Origin: an uncultured Candidatus Saccharibacteria bacterium
GTDB taxonomy: Bacteria; Patescibacteriota; Minisyncoccia; Phycocordibacterales; UBA12445
Direction: 5' to 3'
DNA: 49,024 nt
NCBI GenBank assembly: GCA_964531375.1
Contig: CAZHDO010000001.1
Span: 262,861 to 311,884, forward strand
The position numbers and the translations under genes were made by a program. The notes beneath the pieces are model-generated. The model was not told where the DNA came from. It worked only from the letters and a program-made list of their open reading frames with translations, and did not search any database. Every line of letters begins with the position of its first letter. The first letter of the stretch is position 1. Shown in pieces: positions 19,458 through 28,234 of this stretch.

Positions 19458-19922
19458 TTATTTTTTTGCCTGCGCAATAGCAGACGAAATTGACTTAAAA
19501 AAGGCCTGGCTAGTAGCCGATGCTCCAGAAACAGCATCTACTTTGTCGCTTTGAGCCTGGATAACCTCTTGGGCTAGGATTGGTTTTGCTATTGAATTAA
19601 TTCTAACTGAGTTACCTCGATTTTTGGGGTAATCTAAAAATTGCACATCTGTTATTTTTCCACCAGCTACCGATATTTTTACTTGAATATTTCCATAATA
19701 TGCGTCCGCGGAAATACCGGTGAATTCTCCATCTTTATACAAACCAGAAGTTGTTTCTGTCTTTGTGTTTAATATTGATGTGCTCGTGGCATTTTTTACA
19801 TTGCCAGGATCCCCTGGCGCCACTGTTATTATTTTTCCCTCTGATCCCGGTAGGTGCTTGTATAAAACAAACAGAATGAAGGATAGAACAAGGGTAGTGG
19901 ACAACAATATTCTTTTCTTCAT
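19458..19922 (-). CDS. Membrane-anchored FMN-binding domain protein
   Basis: N-terminal TM; YKDGEFTG...YGNIQVKISV...; flavinylation motif DAVSGAS. Confidence 0.88.
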   Translation of the reverse strand: MKKRILLSTTLVLSFILFVLYKHLPGSEGKIITVAPGDPGNVKNATSTSILNTKTETTSGLYKDGEFTGISADAYYGNIQVKISVAGGKITDVQFLDYPKNRGNSVRINSIAKPILAQEVIQAQSDKVDAVSGASATSQAFFKSISSAIAQAKK

Positions 19923-19928
19923 GAGGCT

Positions 19929-20552
19929 TTAATAATTTAGCTTGTATGCTTTGTCTGCCCCTGGTGGCGCATCTTTCATTTCTTCGAATGTTCCGAGTTT
20001 AAAGTCGTTTGCTAGCTCTTTAACAGAAGATGTCACTAGAATTTCTCCGGCCTTAGCTGTATCTTCCCCAAGCTTACTAGCTGCATTTACCTCTGCGCCG
20101 AATACGTCCTGGTCGCCGATTCGAAGCATTTTTCCGTACCCAAGGCCAACACAAAGTAAAACTTTTTCTTCGGCTGTTCTGTCTTCGTTATATTTTTTTA
20201 ATACCTTTTGCATTTCGATTGAGCATTGTAATGCTTTTTTTGTGTTTCTGAATATAACCAAATAGCTATCCCCCTCTATTTTTAAAAGTATTCCATCGTT
20301 TTGTTCAATAACTGGAATTAATAATCTCTGTGATTCGTAGATAGTCTGAAGAAAATGTATTATTCCAAACTTAGCGACATTTCTTGAAAATCCAGATAGA
20401 TCTGTAAACATTACAGCCCATTCTTCTCCAAAAAGATCCCAGATCCTTTTGTCAATCATTTCTTTGTCTGCCCCCGCTTCCAATCTTTCTTCAATAAGTT
20501 TTTCTAGACGATCTTCTGACGCATTATTTAAAATGGTTTTTTTAAATGACAT
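19929..20552 (-). CDS. Class III adenylate/guanylate cyclase domain protein
   Basis: VMFTDLSGFS, LKIEGDS, VGLGYG, DVFGAEVNAASKL. Confidence 0.88.
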   Translation of the reverse strand: MSFKKTILNNASEDRLEKLIEERLEAGADKEMIDKRIWDLFGEEWAVMFTDLSGFSRNVAKFGIIHFLQTIYESQRLLIPVIEQNDGILLKIEGDSYLVIFRNTKKALQCSIEMQKVLKKYNEDRTAEEKVLLCVGLGYGKMLRIGDQDVFGAEVNAASKLGEDTAKAGEILVTSSVKELANDFKLGTFEEMKDAPPGADKAYKLNY

Positions 20553-20567
20553 TTTATTTTTTTATGA

Positions 20568-20870
20568 TTATTGTTTTTTCTTGTCTAATTTATCTAGTCC
20601 TATTATTTTCACTCCAACATAGACGACTAAAGCAATAACAGTAAAATCGATTAAAACGCTAATGAAATCTCCGTACATTATTTGAGCTGAGCCGATTTCT
20701 ATTGTTGCTGCTTTTAGGTTACCAGCTATTCCGAGTGCTATTCCTAAAACTGGATTTATAATATCGGTAATTAGTGCCGTTACTACTTTTGATACAGCCC
20801 CTCCAAGAATGAAACCCACTGCTAGGCCAATAACCCCCTGCTCCCTTATAAAATCAAAAAAATTAGTCAT
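20568..20870 (-). CDS. mscL: Large-conductance mechanosensitive channel (short form)
   Basis: FFDFIREQGVIGLAVGFILGGAVSKVVTALITDIINP and YGDFISVLIDF. Confidence 0.85.
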   Translation of the reverse strand: MTNFFDFIREQGVIGLAVGFILGGAVSKVVTALITDIINPVLGIALGIAGNLKAATIEIGSAQIMYGDFISVLIDFTVIALVVYVGVKIIGLDKLDKKKQ

Positions 20871-20904
20871 AGTCTTATGATTTAAGCTATTTATTATGAT
20901 TAAA

Positions 20905-21540
20905 TTACTTAATTTCTAATACAATTTTTTCTTTAGGATATCTGACTTTTTTATATTTAGAATATTCATCATCTGTTGCGCGGAAACCTATTGCGGCGGC
21001 AATTTTTGACTCAAGGCCTAATTTGTCTAGGCCAAGTATTTCGTCAAATTTTTTAGGATCAAATCCTTCCATCGGACAGACATCGATACCTTCAATTGCT
21101 GCTGATGTGATCAATACACCTAATGCGATATAGGCTTGTTTTGCGGCCCACTCTATTTTTTGCCCTGTGTTTAGTCCCGATATAAAACCCTTCATCATTT
21201 CTTCATATTCTTTTAGTTTTTCAACAGGAACTTTTCTTGTTTCTGATACAGATTTTATGTAAGCGTCGATTAGGGCATTATCAATGTTTTTTTCAACAGT
21301 AAATACAACAAAGTGAGATGCTTCTGTAATGACACCCTGGTCGTAGCCAGCTAACTGTAGTTTTGTTCTTAAATCGGAGTTTTTTACAACGATAAGTCTC
21401 CATGGCTGTAATCCTAAAGAAGAAGGAGCTAGGATCATTGTTTCTAAAAGATCTGAAAATTGTTCTTCAGTCAATTTTTTATTAGAGTCAAATTTTTTTG
21501 TTGCATATCTCCACCTCATTGCCTCAATTATATTTTTCAT
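20905..21540 (-). CDS. Nitroreductase (NfsB-like)
   Basis: WRYATKKFD, LAPSSLGLQPWR, WAAKQAYIALG, CPMEGFD. Confidence 0.92.
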   Translation of the reverse strand: MKNIIEAMRWRYATKKFDSNKKLTEEQFSDLLETMILAPSSLGLQPWRLIVVKNSDLRTKLQLAGYDQGVITEASHFVVFTVEKNIDNALIDAYIKSVSETRKVPVEKLKEYEEMMKGFISGLNTGQKIEWAAKQAYIALGVLITSAAIEGIDVCPMEGFDPKKFDEILGLDKLGLESKIAAAIGFRATDDEYSKYKKVRYPKEKIVLEIK

Positions 21541-21574
21541 TTTTTAATCATTATTAATAATGAGATCATTATAT

Positions 21575-23026
21575 CTATTTATCTAAATCAAGAACAGTGT
21601 CAATTCTAATTTTTTTAATAAAGTCTGGTACATGACTAACAATAATCATTGCGCCGTCGTATTTATTTAGCGCTTCTGCAATCACGGGAATGTGACGGAA
21701 GTTAATATGGTTTGTCGGTTCGTCTAGAATTAAGAGACCTGGCTTTTGTAAAACAAGTCTAGCGAATGCAACTAACCCTTTTTGCCCTTCTGATAAATTT
21801 CCTATTTTTGTACCCATTACTTCACTTGTAATAAGAAAACCTGCGGCAACACTTCGCATATTTTCCTCTGTAATTTTTTGAGATACTTCTGAAAGGGATT
21901 TATGAACTGTGTCATCGAAATTCAATGTTGAAAAATCTTGACGATAGTAACCAATTCTAATCTCGGGCGCTATTTTTGTTCCTTCTGCTTCATTTTTTGC
22001 AATCGCCTCCAAAAGGGTGCTTTTTCCTATGCCGTTTGGTCCTTGAAGCAGGAGGTGTTGGTTTCTTCTTAGCCTTAACTCAGTTTTCCGCTGATGGACT
22101 TTGTGGTTTTTAATTGTTTTAAATTTCGTAATATGAACAATTTCGCCAATAATTTCTGGTTGTGAGGGAATAATAAAGGGTCGAATTGTTTTATCCTCTT
22201 TTCTTGTCTCAACTATTTCATCCTCTAGGTCTTCTGCTAGCTCCCTCATTCTTTTTGCCAATAACCTCATTTGTCCTCCTTTGTTTCCAAAAAAGTTAGC
22301 CTTATCTTTTTTATCTTGAATAGTTTTTTCAAGTTGAGCATTTTTTCTGTTTTCTCTTTCTTGACGAGCTGTTATTTGCTCCCTAACATCAAAATAATTT
22401 CCTATATATTGTTCAACTTTTTTTGTATAAATATCAAGATATAAAACTCCGCCAGTGAAGCTATTCAAGAACGAGGCATCGTGGGAAATTACCAAACAAG
22501 TTTTTTCATATCCTTTCAAGAATTTTGTTAGATGTTCTATTCCTTCTTTATCAAGGTTGTTTGTCGGCTCATCCAACAGAAGTAGATCTGGATCCTGTAT
22601 AAGTGCTGAAGCAAGAAGAAGTCTGGCTTGTTGACCACCCGAAAACGAACGAATAATTCTATCGTGGGGAGTTTTGAAATTAACCGCTTCTAGTATTTCA
22701 TCAATTTTTGGATCAATATCATAAACCTTTTGTAAAAAAACCTTCTGGAAGAAATCCCGCACCGTTAAATCCAACTCGTCTCTTGGAATCACCTGTCTGG
22801 ATATGGCGACAGAAACACCATTTACAACATTAACCATTCCGTCTAGTGGTTGGAGGTTTTTTGTAATTAGTCCCAATATAGTACTTTTTCCAGCCCCGTT
22901 TTGTCCCATTATCGTTGTTTTTGTTCCCCTGCGAACAGAAAAATCAACCTCCTGTAGTAGAGGTTTATTTTCGTGATATCCGAAGGTCACTTTTTCGAAT
23001 CTTAAAATTGACTCATCTTTTGCCAT
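21575..23026 (-). CDS. ABC-F family ATPase
   Basis: Two ABC cassettes (GQNGAGKST/FSGGQ/LLDEPTNNLD and GPNGIGKST/LSEGQ/LDEPTNH), no TM segments. Confidence 0.92.
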   Translation of the reverse strand: MAKDESILRFEKVTFGYHENKPLLQEVDFSVRRGTKTTIMGQNGAGKSTILGLITKNLQPLDGMVNVVNGVSVAISRQVIPRDELDLTVRDFFQKVFLQKVYDIDPKIDEILEAVNFKTPHDRIIRSFSGGQQARLLLASALIQDPDLLLLDEPTNNLDKEGIEHLTKFLKGYEKTCLVISHDASFLNSFTGGVLYLDIYTKKVEQYIGNYFDVREQITARQERENRKNAQLEKTIQDKKDKANFFGNKGGQMRLLAKRMRELAEDLEDEIVETRKEDKTIRPFIIPSQPEIIGEIVHITKFKTIKNHKVHQRKTELRLRRNQHLLLQGPNGIGKSTLLEAIAKNEAEGTKIAPEIRIGYYRQDFSTLNFDDTVHKSLSEVSQKITEENMRSVAAGFLITSEVMGTKIGNLSEGQKGLVAFARLVLQKPGLLILDEPTNHINFRHIPVIAEALNKYDGAMIIVSHVPDFIKKIRIDTVLDLDK

Positions 23027-23078
23027 GGTGTGTTATACATTAACCTTTTTAAGTTAAAAAAGATAGTTAAAAAAAGAA

Positions 23079-23103
23079 AACCCAATATTGTGTATATTGG
23101 GTT
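23079..23103 (-). terminator. Intrinsic terminator after the histidine kinase locus
   Basis: 10-bp stem AACCCAATAT/ATATTGGGTT followed on the minus strand by a T-rich tract. Confidence 0.75.
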
Positions 23104-23124
23104 CTGATAATTTAACAAAAGCGG

Positions 23125-23947
23125 CTAGGTTTTTGACGGAAAGGAGATTCTGATCGTTGTTCCTTTTCCAGGAGAGCTGTCCACAAAGATATCTCCTCCA
23201 TGGTCTTGAATTGTATTTTTAACACTACTCATTCCCAGGCCCCTTTCACCACAGGAAGAAGGTTTTGTTGTAAAGAATGGTTCGAACATCTTTTCCTTTG
23301 TTTCTTCACTCATTCCTATTCCTGTATCTGTGATTTGAACATAAGTATTACCGCTGAACTTTCCCGTTATTATGATCAAACTTCCGCCCATGGGCATTGC
23401 TTCCACTGCATTTTTAAAAATATTGAGAAAGGCTGATTCAAATTCGCCAATATCTCCGTCGACAAGGTTTATTTCTGAACTTTTAAAAACGATACCCAAC
23501 TCAAGATCTTTCCAGACTGGTTTTAATTGCTCAATGACCCCTTCAATCAACACATTGAGGTCTATTGCAGTAATTCTGGCATAATTTTTCTTTTGATTGA
23601 GGTATTAAACGACGAATTCTTGAAACAGCGCTCAGTGCTGCCTTTCTAATATTTTCGACATATTTAACTGCTTCGTCGCTTGCGTCCTGTGCAAGTAGGA
23701 TGAAATCTAAATTTGCGACGATAATTTGCAGTGTGTTATTAAGATCGTGAATCAAAACAAGAGACATCTTCGCAACTTCAACCATGTGTGACGACTCGGA
23801 ATGCATTTTTTGTAGTGAATCAATCTTTAAGCTGGCATTATTCAACTCTTCTTCTTGCTTGAGGCAGACACTCTGTATTTCTGATAGTAGCTGTTGGGTT
23901 TCTTCGATCGACATCCTTTTCTCCTCCTTCGTGAGGTCTCTTTTCAT
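23125..23947 (-). pseudogene. Frameshifted sensor-less histidine kinase (HisKA + HATPase_c)
   Basis: H-box LIHDLNNTLQII in 23543..23947. The other frame is open through ITAIDLNVLIE into N-box FLNIFKNAVEAM, DTGIGM, FEPFFTTK, GLGMS and GKGTT. Removing one A from the A5 run at 23585..23589 joins the two. SD GGAGG at 23954..23958. Confidence 0.8.
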
Positions 23948-24027
23948 AAAAATCCTCCGTTTTTGTATTTTTTAAAAAACTAACTGCAAATAATTATGCA
24001 TCAAAATAATTGATTTGCAAGGGGTTT

Positions 24028-25269
24028 TTATAAGAAAAGTAGGTCGCTATTTAATATATCAGAGTTATTTTTATCTTCTAATGCTTTATGTGTTGAAGCT
24101 AGATAAACAACATGTTTTCCGAGTTTTTCTTCTAGGGAGTCAATTCTCTTGTGAATTAATTCAAATTTATCAGCTTTCTTGGTGCTACCAAATAAATCTC
24201 CTTGTGATATTGAATCTGGGATTAGGTCGATTAAGGTTACACCCGTTGTTCTGTATATAACACCGCGCTCGTGCATTTCTTTAAAGTTATTGTGTGCTAA
24301 AGAAATTAAAATTTCTGGTGCGTTTGTTGGTGAGGAAAGTGGAATTATTTTTTCTACATATCTGAATTTTTGGGTCTTAAGAAAAATAGAAATTTTCTTG
24401 GGAGCTAGCTTGTAGTATCTTGCCTTAGCGCAAGCTTCTTCAATGTTTTTTGAAAGCTGGGACAAGAGGAACGTTTTGTCGTTTGTGGGCGGATTAAATG
24501 TTCTTGTTTTTTGGATTGATGAATATGTAGTTTTTGATTCAGTATCTACTCCCATAACAGAAACTCCTCTTAGTTCTTGCCAGATAGCTTCGTATGGTTT
24601 AGAGAGGTTTTGTCTTACCCAGTTAATATCTTTTTCTATGAAGTCTTGAGCTGTTTGTATGTTTTTGTTTTTTAAAATTTCAGAGGTTCTCGGTCCTATC
24701 CCCCAAATTTTTTCTATTGGGGTTTTTTCAAGAAAACTCGAAATTGTTTCTTTTTGAATTATAGTAAGACCATTTGGTTTTACCCATTTCGATGCCACTT
24801 TTGCAAGGACTTTTGTTGGTGCAAGACCTATCGATATACTGAGTAATAATTCATCATTTATCTCTTTTTTTATATGTTCCGCTATTTGCAGATAAGACAT
24901 TTTGAGTGGAATATCGAGTCCTGTTAAATCAGCGAAACATTCATCAATACTATATTCCTCTACGTCATACGCATATCTGCGGACAATTTCAAACATCATA
25001 TTCGAATATCGAGCGTACGAAGCATAATCTCCAGGAAGAATTGTGACAGTAGGAAATTCTCTTTTAACTTTTGAAATAGGCATTCCGCGAATAATACCAA
25101 TAGCCTTCGCCTCATAAGACAGTGCGGAGACAATTCCCCTTTCTTCCCCTGTAACCACAGGCAACCCTTTCAGTTTCTGATTCTTAGCCACCTCAACGCC
25201 AACAAAAAAAGCATCTCCATCCATATGGAAAATAACCTTTTCTGGTTTTCCTTTATCGCAGGTATTCAC
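24028..25269 (-). CDS. dinB: Y-family DNA polymerase IV
   Basis: HMDGDAFFV, SYEAKAIG, YSIDECFAD, SIGLAPTKVLAKVAS, IWGIG. Confidence 0.92.
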   Translation of the reverse strand: MNTCDKGKPEKVIFHMDGDAFFVGVEVAKNQKLKGLPVVTGEERGIVSALSYEAKAIGIIRGMPISKVKREFPTVTILPGDYASYARYSNMMFEIVRRYAYDVEEYSIDECFADLTGLDIPLKMSYLQIAEHIKKEINDELLLSISIGLAPTKVLAKVASKWVKPNGLTIIQKETISSFLEKTPIEKIWGIGPRTSEILKNKNIQTAQDFIEKDINWVRQNLSKPYEAIWQELRGVSVMGVDTESKTTYSSIQKTRTFNPPTNDKTFLLSQLSKNIEEACAKARYYKLAPKKISIFLKTQKFRYVEKIIPLSSPTNAPEILISLAHNNFKEMHERGVIYRTTGVTLIDLIPDSISQGDLFGSTKKADKFELIHKRIDSLEEKLGKHVVYLASTHKALEDKNNSDILNSDLLFL

Positions 25270-25292
25270 TGCTCAGATTATAACAGAAAAGA

Positions 25293-25508
25293 TTATTTTT
25301 GAGTCGGAAAGGAAAAAAGAAAAATTTTCTCCCATCCGTATATTGTTGAGATGGTAAAAATAGTGACAAAAGATATTAAAATGATTATCAAGAGTGCTTT
25401 TCTCGAAATATTGTCTTTATTATTTGTTGTATAAAAGGAACCTCCAATAAGAAGAGAAGTTATGATGGATATTGTTAAAGACATTAAAATATTTGAGATT
25501 GTAAACAT
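25293..25508 (-). CDS. Small two-TM membrane protein (MFTISNI paralog 1)
   Basis: 71 aa with two hydrophobic segments; N-terminal heptapeptide identical to the neighbouring gene. Confidence 0.6.
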   Translation of the reverse strand: MFTISNILMSLTISIITSLLIGGSFYTTNNKDNISRKALLIIILISFVTIFTISTIYGWEKIFLFSFPTQK

Positions 25509-25513
25509 AAATA

Positions 25514-25753
25514 TTATAGACCAAAAATTATTTTCAATTCTGGAAAAAAATAATTAAAAGCGTCTTTGCCTACAAACATAGATAGAGAGAAACTTAATAT
25601 AAATACAACAATCGCAAAGATATTAAAAAACATAATAGCCTTTTCTTGTAATTTTGTTTTTTTATTGCTTTCGGTGGGAAAGAATACTGAAACAGCGCCT
25701 AGTGATAATGTTGCAAAAAGCAAAGATATAAAGATGTTTGAAATCGTAAACAT
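25514..25753 (-). CDS. Small two-TM membrane protein (MFTISNI paralog 2)
   Basis: 79 aa with the same architecture as 25293..25508. Confidence 0.6.
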   Translation of the reverse strand: MFTISNIFISLLFATLSLGAVSVFFPTESNKKTKLQEKAIMFFNIFAIVVFILSFSLSMFVGKDAFNYFFPELKIIFGL

Positions 25754-25823
25754 TTTTATTTTATATCACAAAATGTTATTTACGTAAAGAGACCCCGTAA
25801 TATCTCAATAGCTTGGAATCACC

Positions 25824-26984
25824 TTAATATTCAGAACCAATGCAATAATTTAGAAATTTCTCTGCAGTTCCTTGGTCTTTACAAGAGGCCATATAACCGC
25901 TAGGGCTACAATAAAACATTTTATCTATGAAATCTAATATTTCATCGTATTTTGCAATATTTTCAGATTTAAATTTCTCGTTGTTTTTTATACTAAGAAA
26001 ATTTTTACCAACCCTGAGTTCTTTCGGAATCATGTTTGGATTTCTATACTCCCTTCCCCCTTTTTCAATTGGCGCTGGATATATACCAAACCCATATTCC
26101 TTGTTTGGCACTGCATAAAATTCTACATCCTTAAATTTTTCATTATCATTAATAACAGAATAGACAACGGCCGTAGGTAAATACTCTTTAAAAATAAGGG
26201 TTTTCCCTTTATTTGAAAATTCGCATTTTGAAATATCAAATTTTTTAAATCCTTCGATGGTGTCAACAAATTTATTAAACATTGAAAGTGCTAAGGTTCT
26301 AAACACTTCCACCGCACTATTAAATTTTTCATCAAGACTTTTTCCATCACGATTGTCAACGCAAAATAAATTTGCAATAGCTGAAAGGGAAAATTGTCCA
26401 GCCTTTACTTCTCTTCCGTCTTTTGTTTTATATGCAACATCCCGAAGTTGGCCCGAATCGTTGCCATCAATAAACTGCACGTAATTTTTATCCATCATAT
26501 TCCATATCTGATGAATATCATTATCAGACAATTGAGCGTGTCTTAAGTGTGTGTTAGTATAACGTATCCATTCTTTTCCGTAATGTTTCCAAATCAAGCC
26601 CGCCGAAGCATAAAATATTCCATTTTCGCGAGCACCAGCGGAAATTGAATTTTGATGATGGTCGAAATTAAAATACTCAGGATCATAATCAGCCCCTACA
26701 TCAACCAAGATAGATTCATCGGACTCAAGAGCCTCTGATAATATTTTTTCGTCTCGAGTCCTTAAGTATTTAATATAACTAGCAGTAGTGCCATCTTTAA
26801 GTTCCATTGTTTCGGGAAAAAGATCCTTAAGAATAGCAATTGCAAATATTTCGTCTGTATGAAAACGACCCTCATGTGTAATAACCCTTTCTATTTGTTT
26901 GGTTTTATCAATATTGCTATCTTTTTTCGAACCAGAATTACTATTGTTTTTACTGGTTAATTTTGAAAATTTATTTTCTTTCAT
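25824..26984 (-). CDS. MYG1-family (UPF0160) protein
   Basis: ITHEGRFHTDE, VDVGADYDP, FDHHQ, ASAGLIWKHYG, IDGNDSG. ATG at 26984 was preferred over the GTG at 27002. Confidence 0.85.
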   Translation of the reverse strand: MKENKFSKLTSKNNSNSGSKKDSNIDKTKQIERVITHEGRFHTDEIFAIAILKDLFPETMELKDGTTASYIKYLRTRDEKILSEALESDESILVDVGADYDPEYFNFDHHQNSISAGARENGIFYASAGLIWKHYGKEWIRYTNTHLRHAQLSDNDIHQIWNMMDKNYVQFIDGNDSGQLRDVAYKTKDGREVKAGQFSLSAIANLFCVDNRDGKSLDEKFNSAVEVFRTLALSMFNKFVDTIEGFKKFDISKCEFSNKGKTLIFKEYLPTAVVYSVINDNEKFKDVEFYAVPNKEYGFGIYPAPIEKGGREYRNPNMIPKELRVGKNFLSIKNNEKFKSENIAKYDEILDFIDKMFYCSPSGYMASCKDQGTAEKFLNYCIGSEY

Positions 26985-26994
26985 CGTTGTTTTT

Positions 26995-27519
26995 TTACAC
27001 ACTGGTTTGTAACATATTTTTCTTAAACTCTTGTGACCTCTCTATTATCTTATCACCTATTGCACCCCAATTAAAATATTTTTTGTAATCTTTTGGGTTG
27101 ATTTCTAAAACTTTAGTGACAGTTCCTGCAGGGTCCGAAATAAAGGGTCCATATGGCTCAACGATGCAAAAGTATCTCAACTGCAAAAAGGGTTCTTGGA
27201 TTCCTCTGGTATCTGTGATTCTCTGATAACCGATTGGTCTATGGTAGATTACTTTCATATTAGATTCCTCTTGAATTTCCCTTTTTAAAGTTTCCTCTAG
27301 AGATTCCCCTTTTTCAGTAGATCCACCAACTAATCCATAAGTACCTTTTTGTGAATTATTTACAATTACAATTTTATCCCCATGAAATGCAACAGCATAA
27401 CATTGTTTACAGTCATTAATAGACAAATGGTTAAAAGAATCGCATTCAAAATATTCAATCAAATATTTCACCTTAGAAAAACCAACATATTCTTCAGTTA
27501 ATAGTGGTTTATTGTTCAT
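26995..27519 (-). CDS. NUDIX hydrolase
   Basis: Nudix box GGSTEKGESLEETLKREIQEE. Confidence 0.9.
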   Translation of the reverse strand: MNNKPLLTEEYVGFSKVKYLIEYFECDSFNHLSINDCKQCYAVAFHGDKIVIVNNSQKGTYGLVGGSTEKGESLEETLKREIQEESNMKVIYHRPIGYQRITDTRGIQEPFLQLRYFCIVEPYGPFISDPAGTVTKVLEINPKDYKKYFNWGAIGDKIIERSQEFKKNMLQTSV

Positions 27520-27525
27520 AAATTA

Positions 27526-28083
27526 TTATAATTTAAATATTACAATATTTTTTAGGTCCATACGTTCTTCTATCGTCGCATTGTTCAGTATTGGCATTGC
27601 TAGACTTTCAATCTCACCTTCACACACAAAATCAGCAGGAAAATATTTCATCATCTCTTCTTTTTTCTGTACATTAAAATCTCTGGCGACTGTAATATGT
27701 GGTGTAAAATTATCTTCGTAATTTTTTGTTATGGGGTTTAGGTAATTATTGTATTTACATAAAGCAATTTTTAATTCTTCTTGTATGTTTGTTACAAATT
27801 TATTTTCTGCAGAATTTATCATGAAAATATCATCAGATTTTGTGCCACTATCAGCTGCTAATTCATTAAAAATAATTTTTCTGTCGCCTTCTTCTATTTT
27901 TACCCTACTTAAGGCCTCCGCAACCGCTGATTTTAATTCATTCACCTTACCTTCCTCAACATATCGCCCTGATATCAGTGTAACATGCAGAAAATCAGGT
28001 TGATCATATTTCGTCCTAAATTCGGTAATCCATTTAGAATTTTTATATGGCTTTATCATCAAATATAATGCAAATATTTTCAT
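27526..28083 (-). CDS. 2H phosphoesterase / 2'-5' RNA ligase family protein (paralog 1)
   Basis: Two HxT motifs: LHVTL and PHITV. Confidence 0.8.
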   Translation of the reverse strand: MKIFALYLMIKPYKNSKWITEFRTKYDQPDFLHVTLISGRYVEEGKVNELKSAVAEALSRVKIEEGDRKIIFNELAADSGTKSDDIFMINSAENKFVTNIQEELKIALCKYNNYLNPITKNYEDNFTPHITVARDFNVQKKEEMMKYFPADFVCEGEIESLAMPILNNATIEERMDLKNIVIFKL

Positions 28084-28122
28084 AGTTTATTTTTTAATTA
28101 ATAGTACACCTTTTCATATCTT

Positions 28123-28215
28123 CGTCATTGCGAGGGTGAAGCCCGTGGCAATCCAGACTGAATCTAATTTAACACGATTAAATCTGGATTGCTTCGCCCA
28201 AAGCTCGCAATGACG
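28123..28215. repeat. CGTC-tagged palindromic (REP/RPE-like) element
   Basis: Perfect 12-bp terminal inverted repeat CGTCATTGCGAG/CTCGCAATGACG and an internal 10-bp inverted repeat GCAATCCAGA/TCTGGATTGC. Confidence 0.85.
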
Positions 28216-28234
28216 GCAATATGGAATAATTACT

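Noticed and set aside
18707-19537. Track start for ApbE at 19537
   Set aside because: It overlaps the FMN-binding gene by 80 nt with a non-homologous peptide; the GTG at 19456 fits better.
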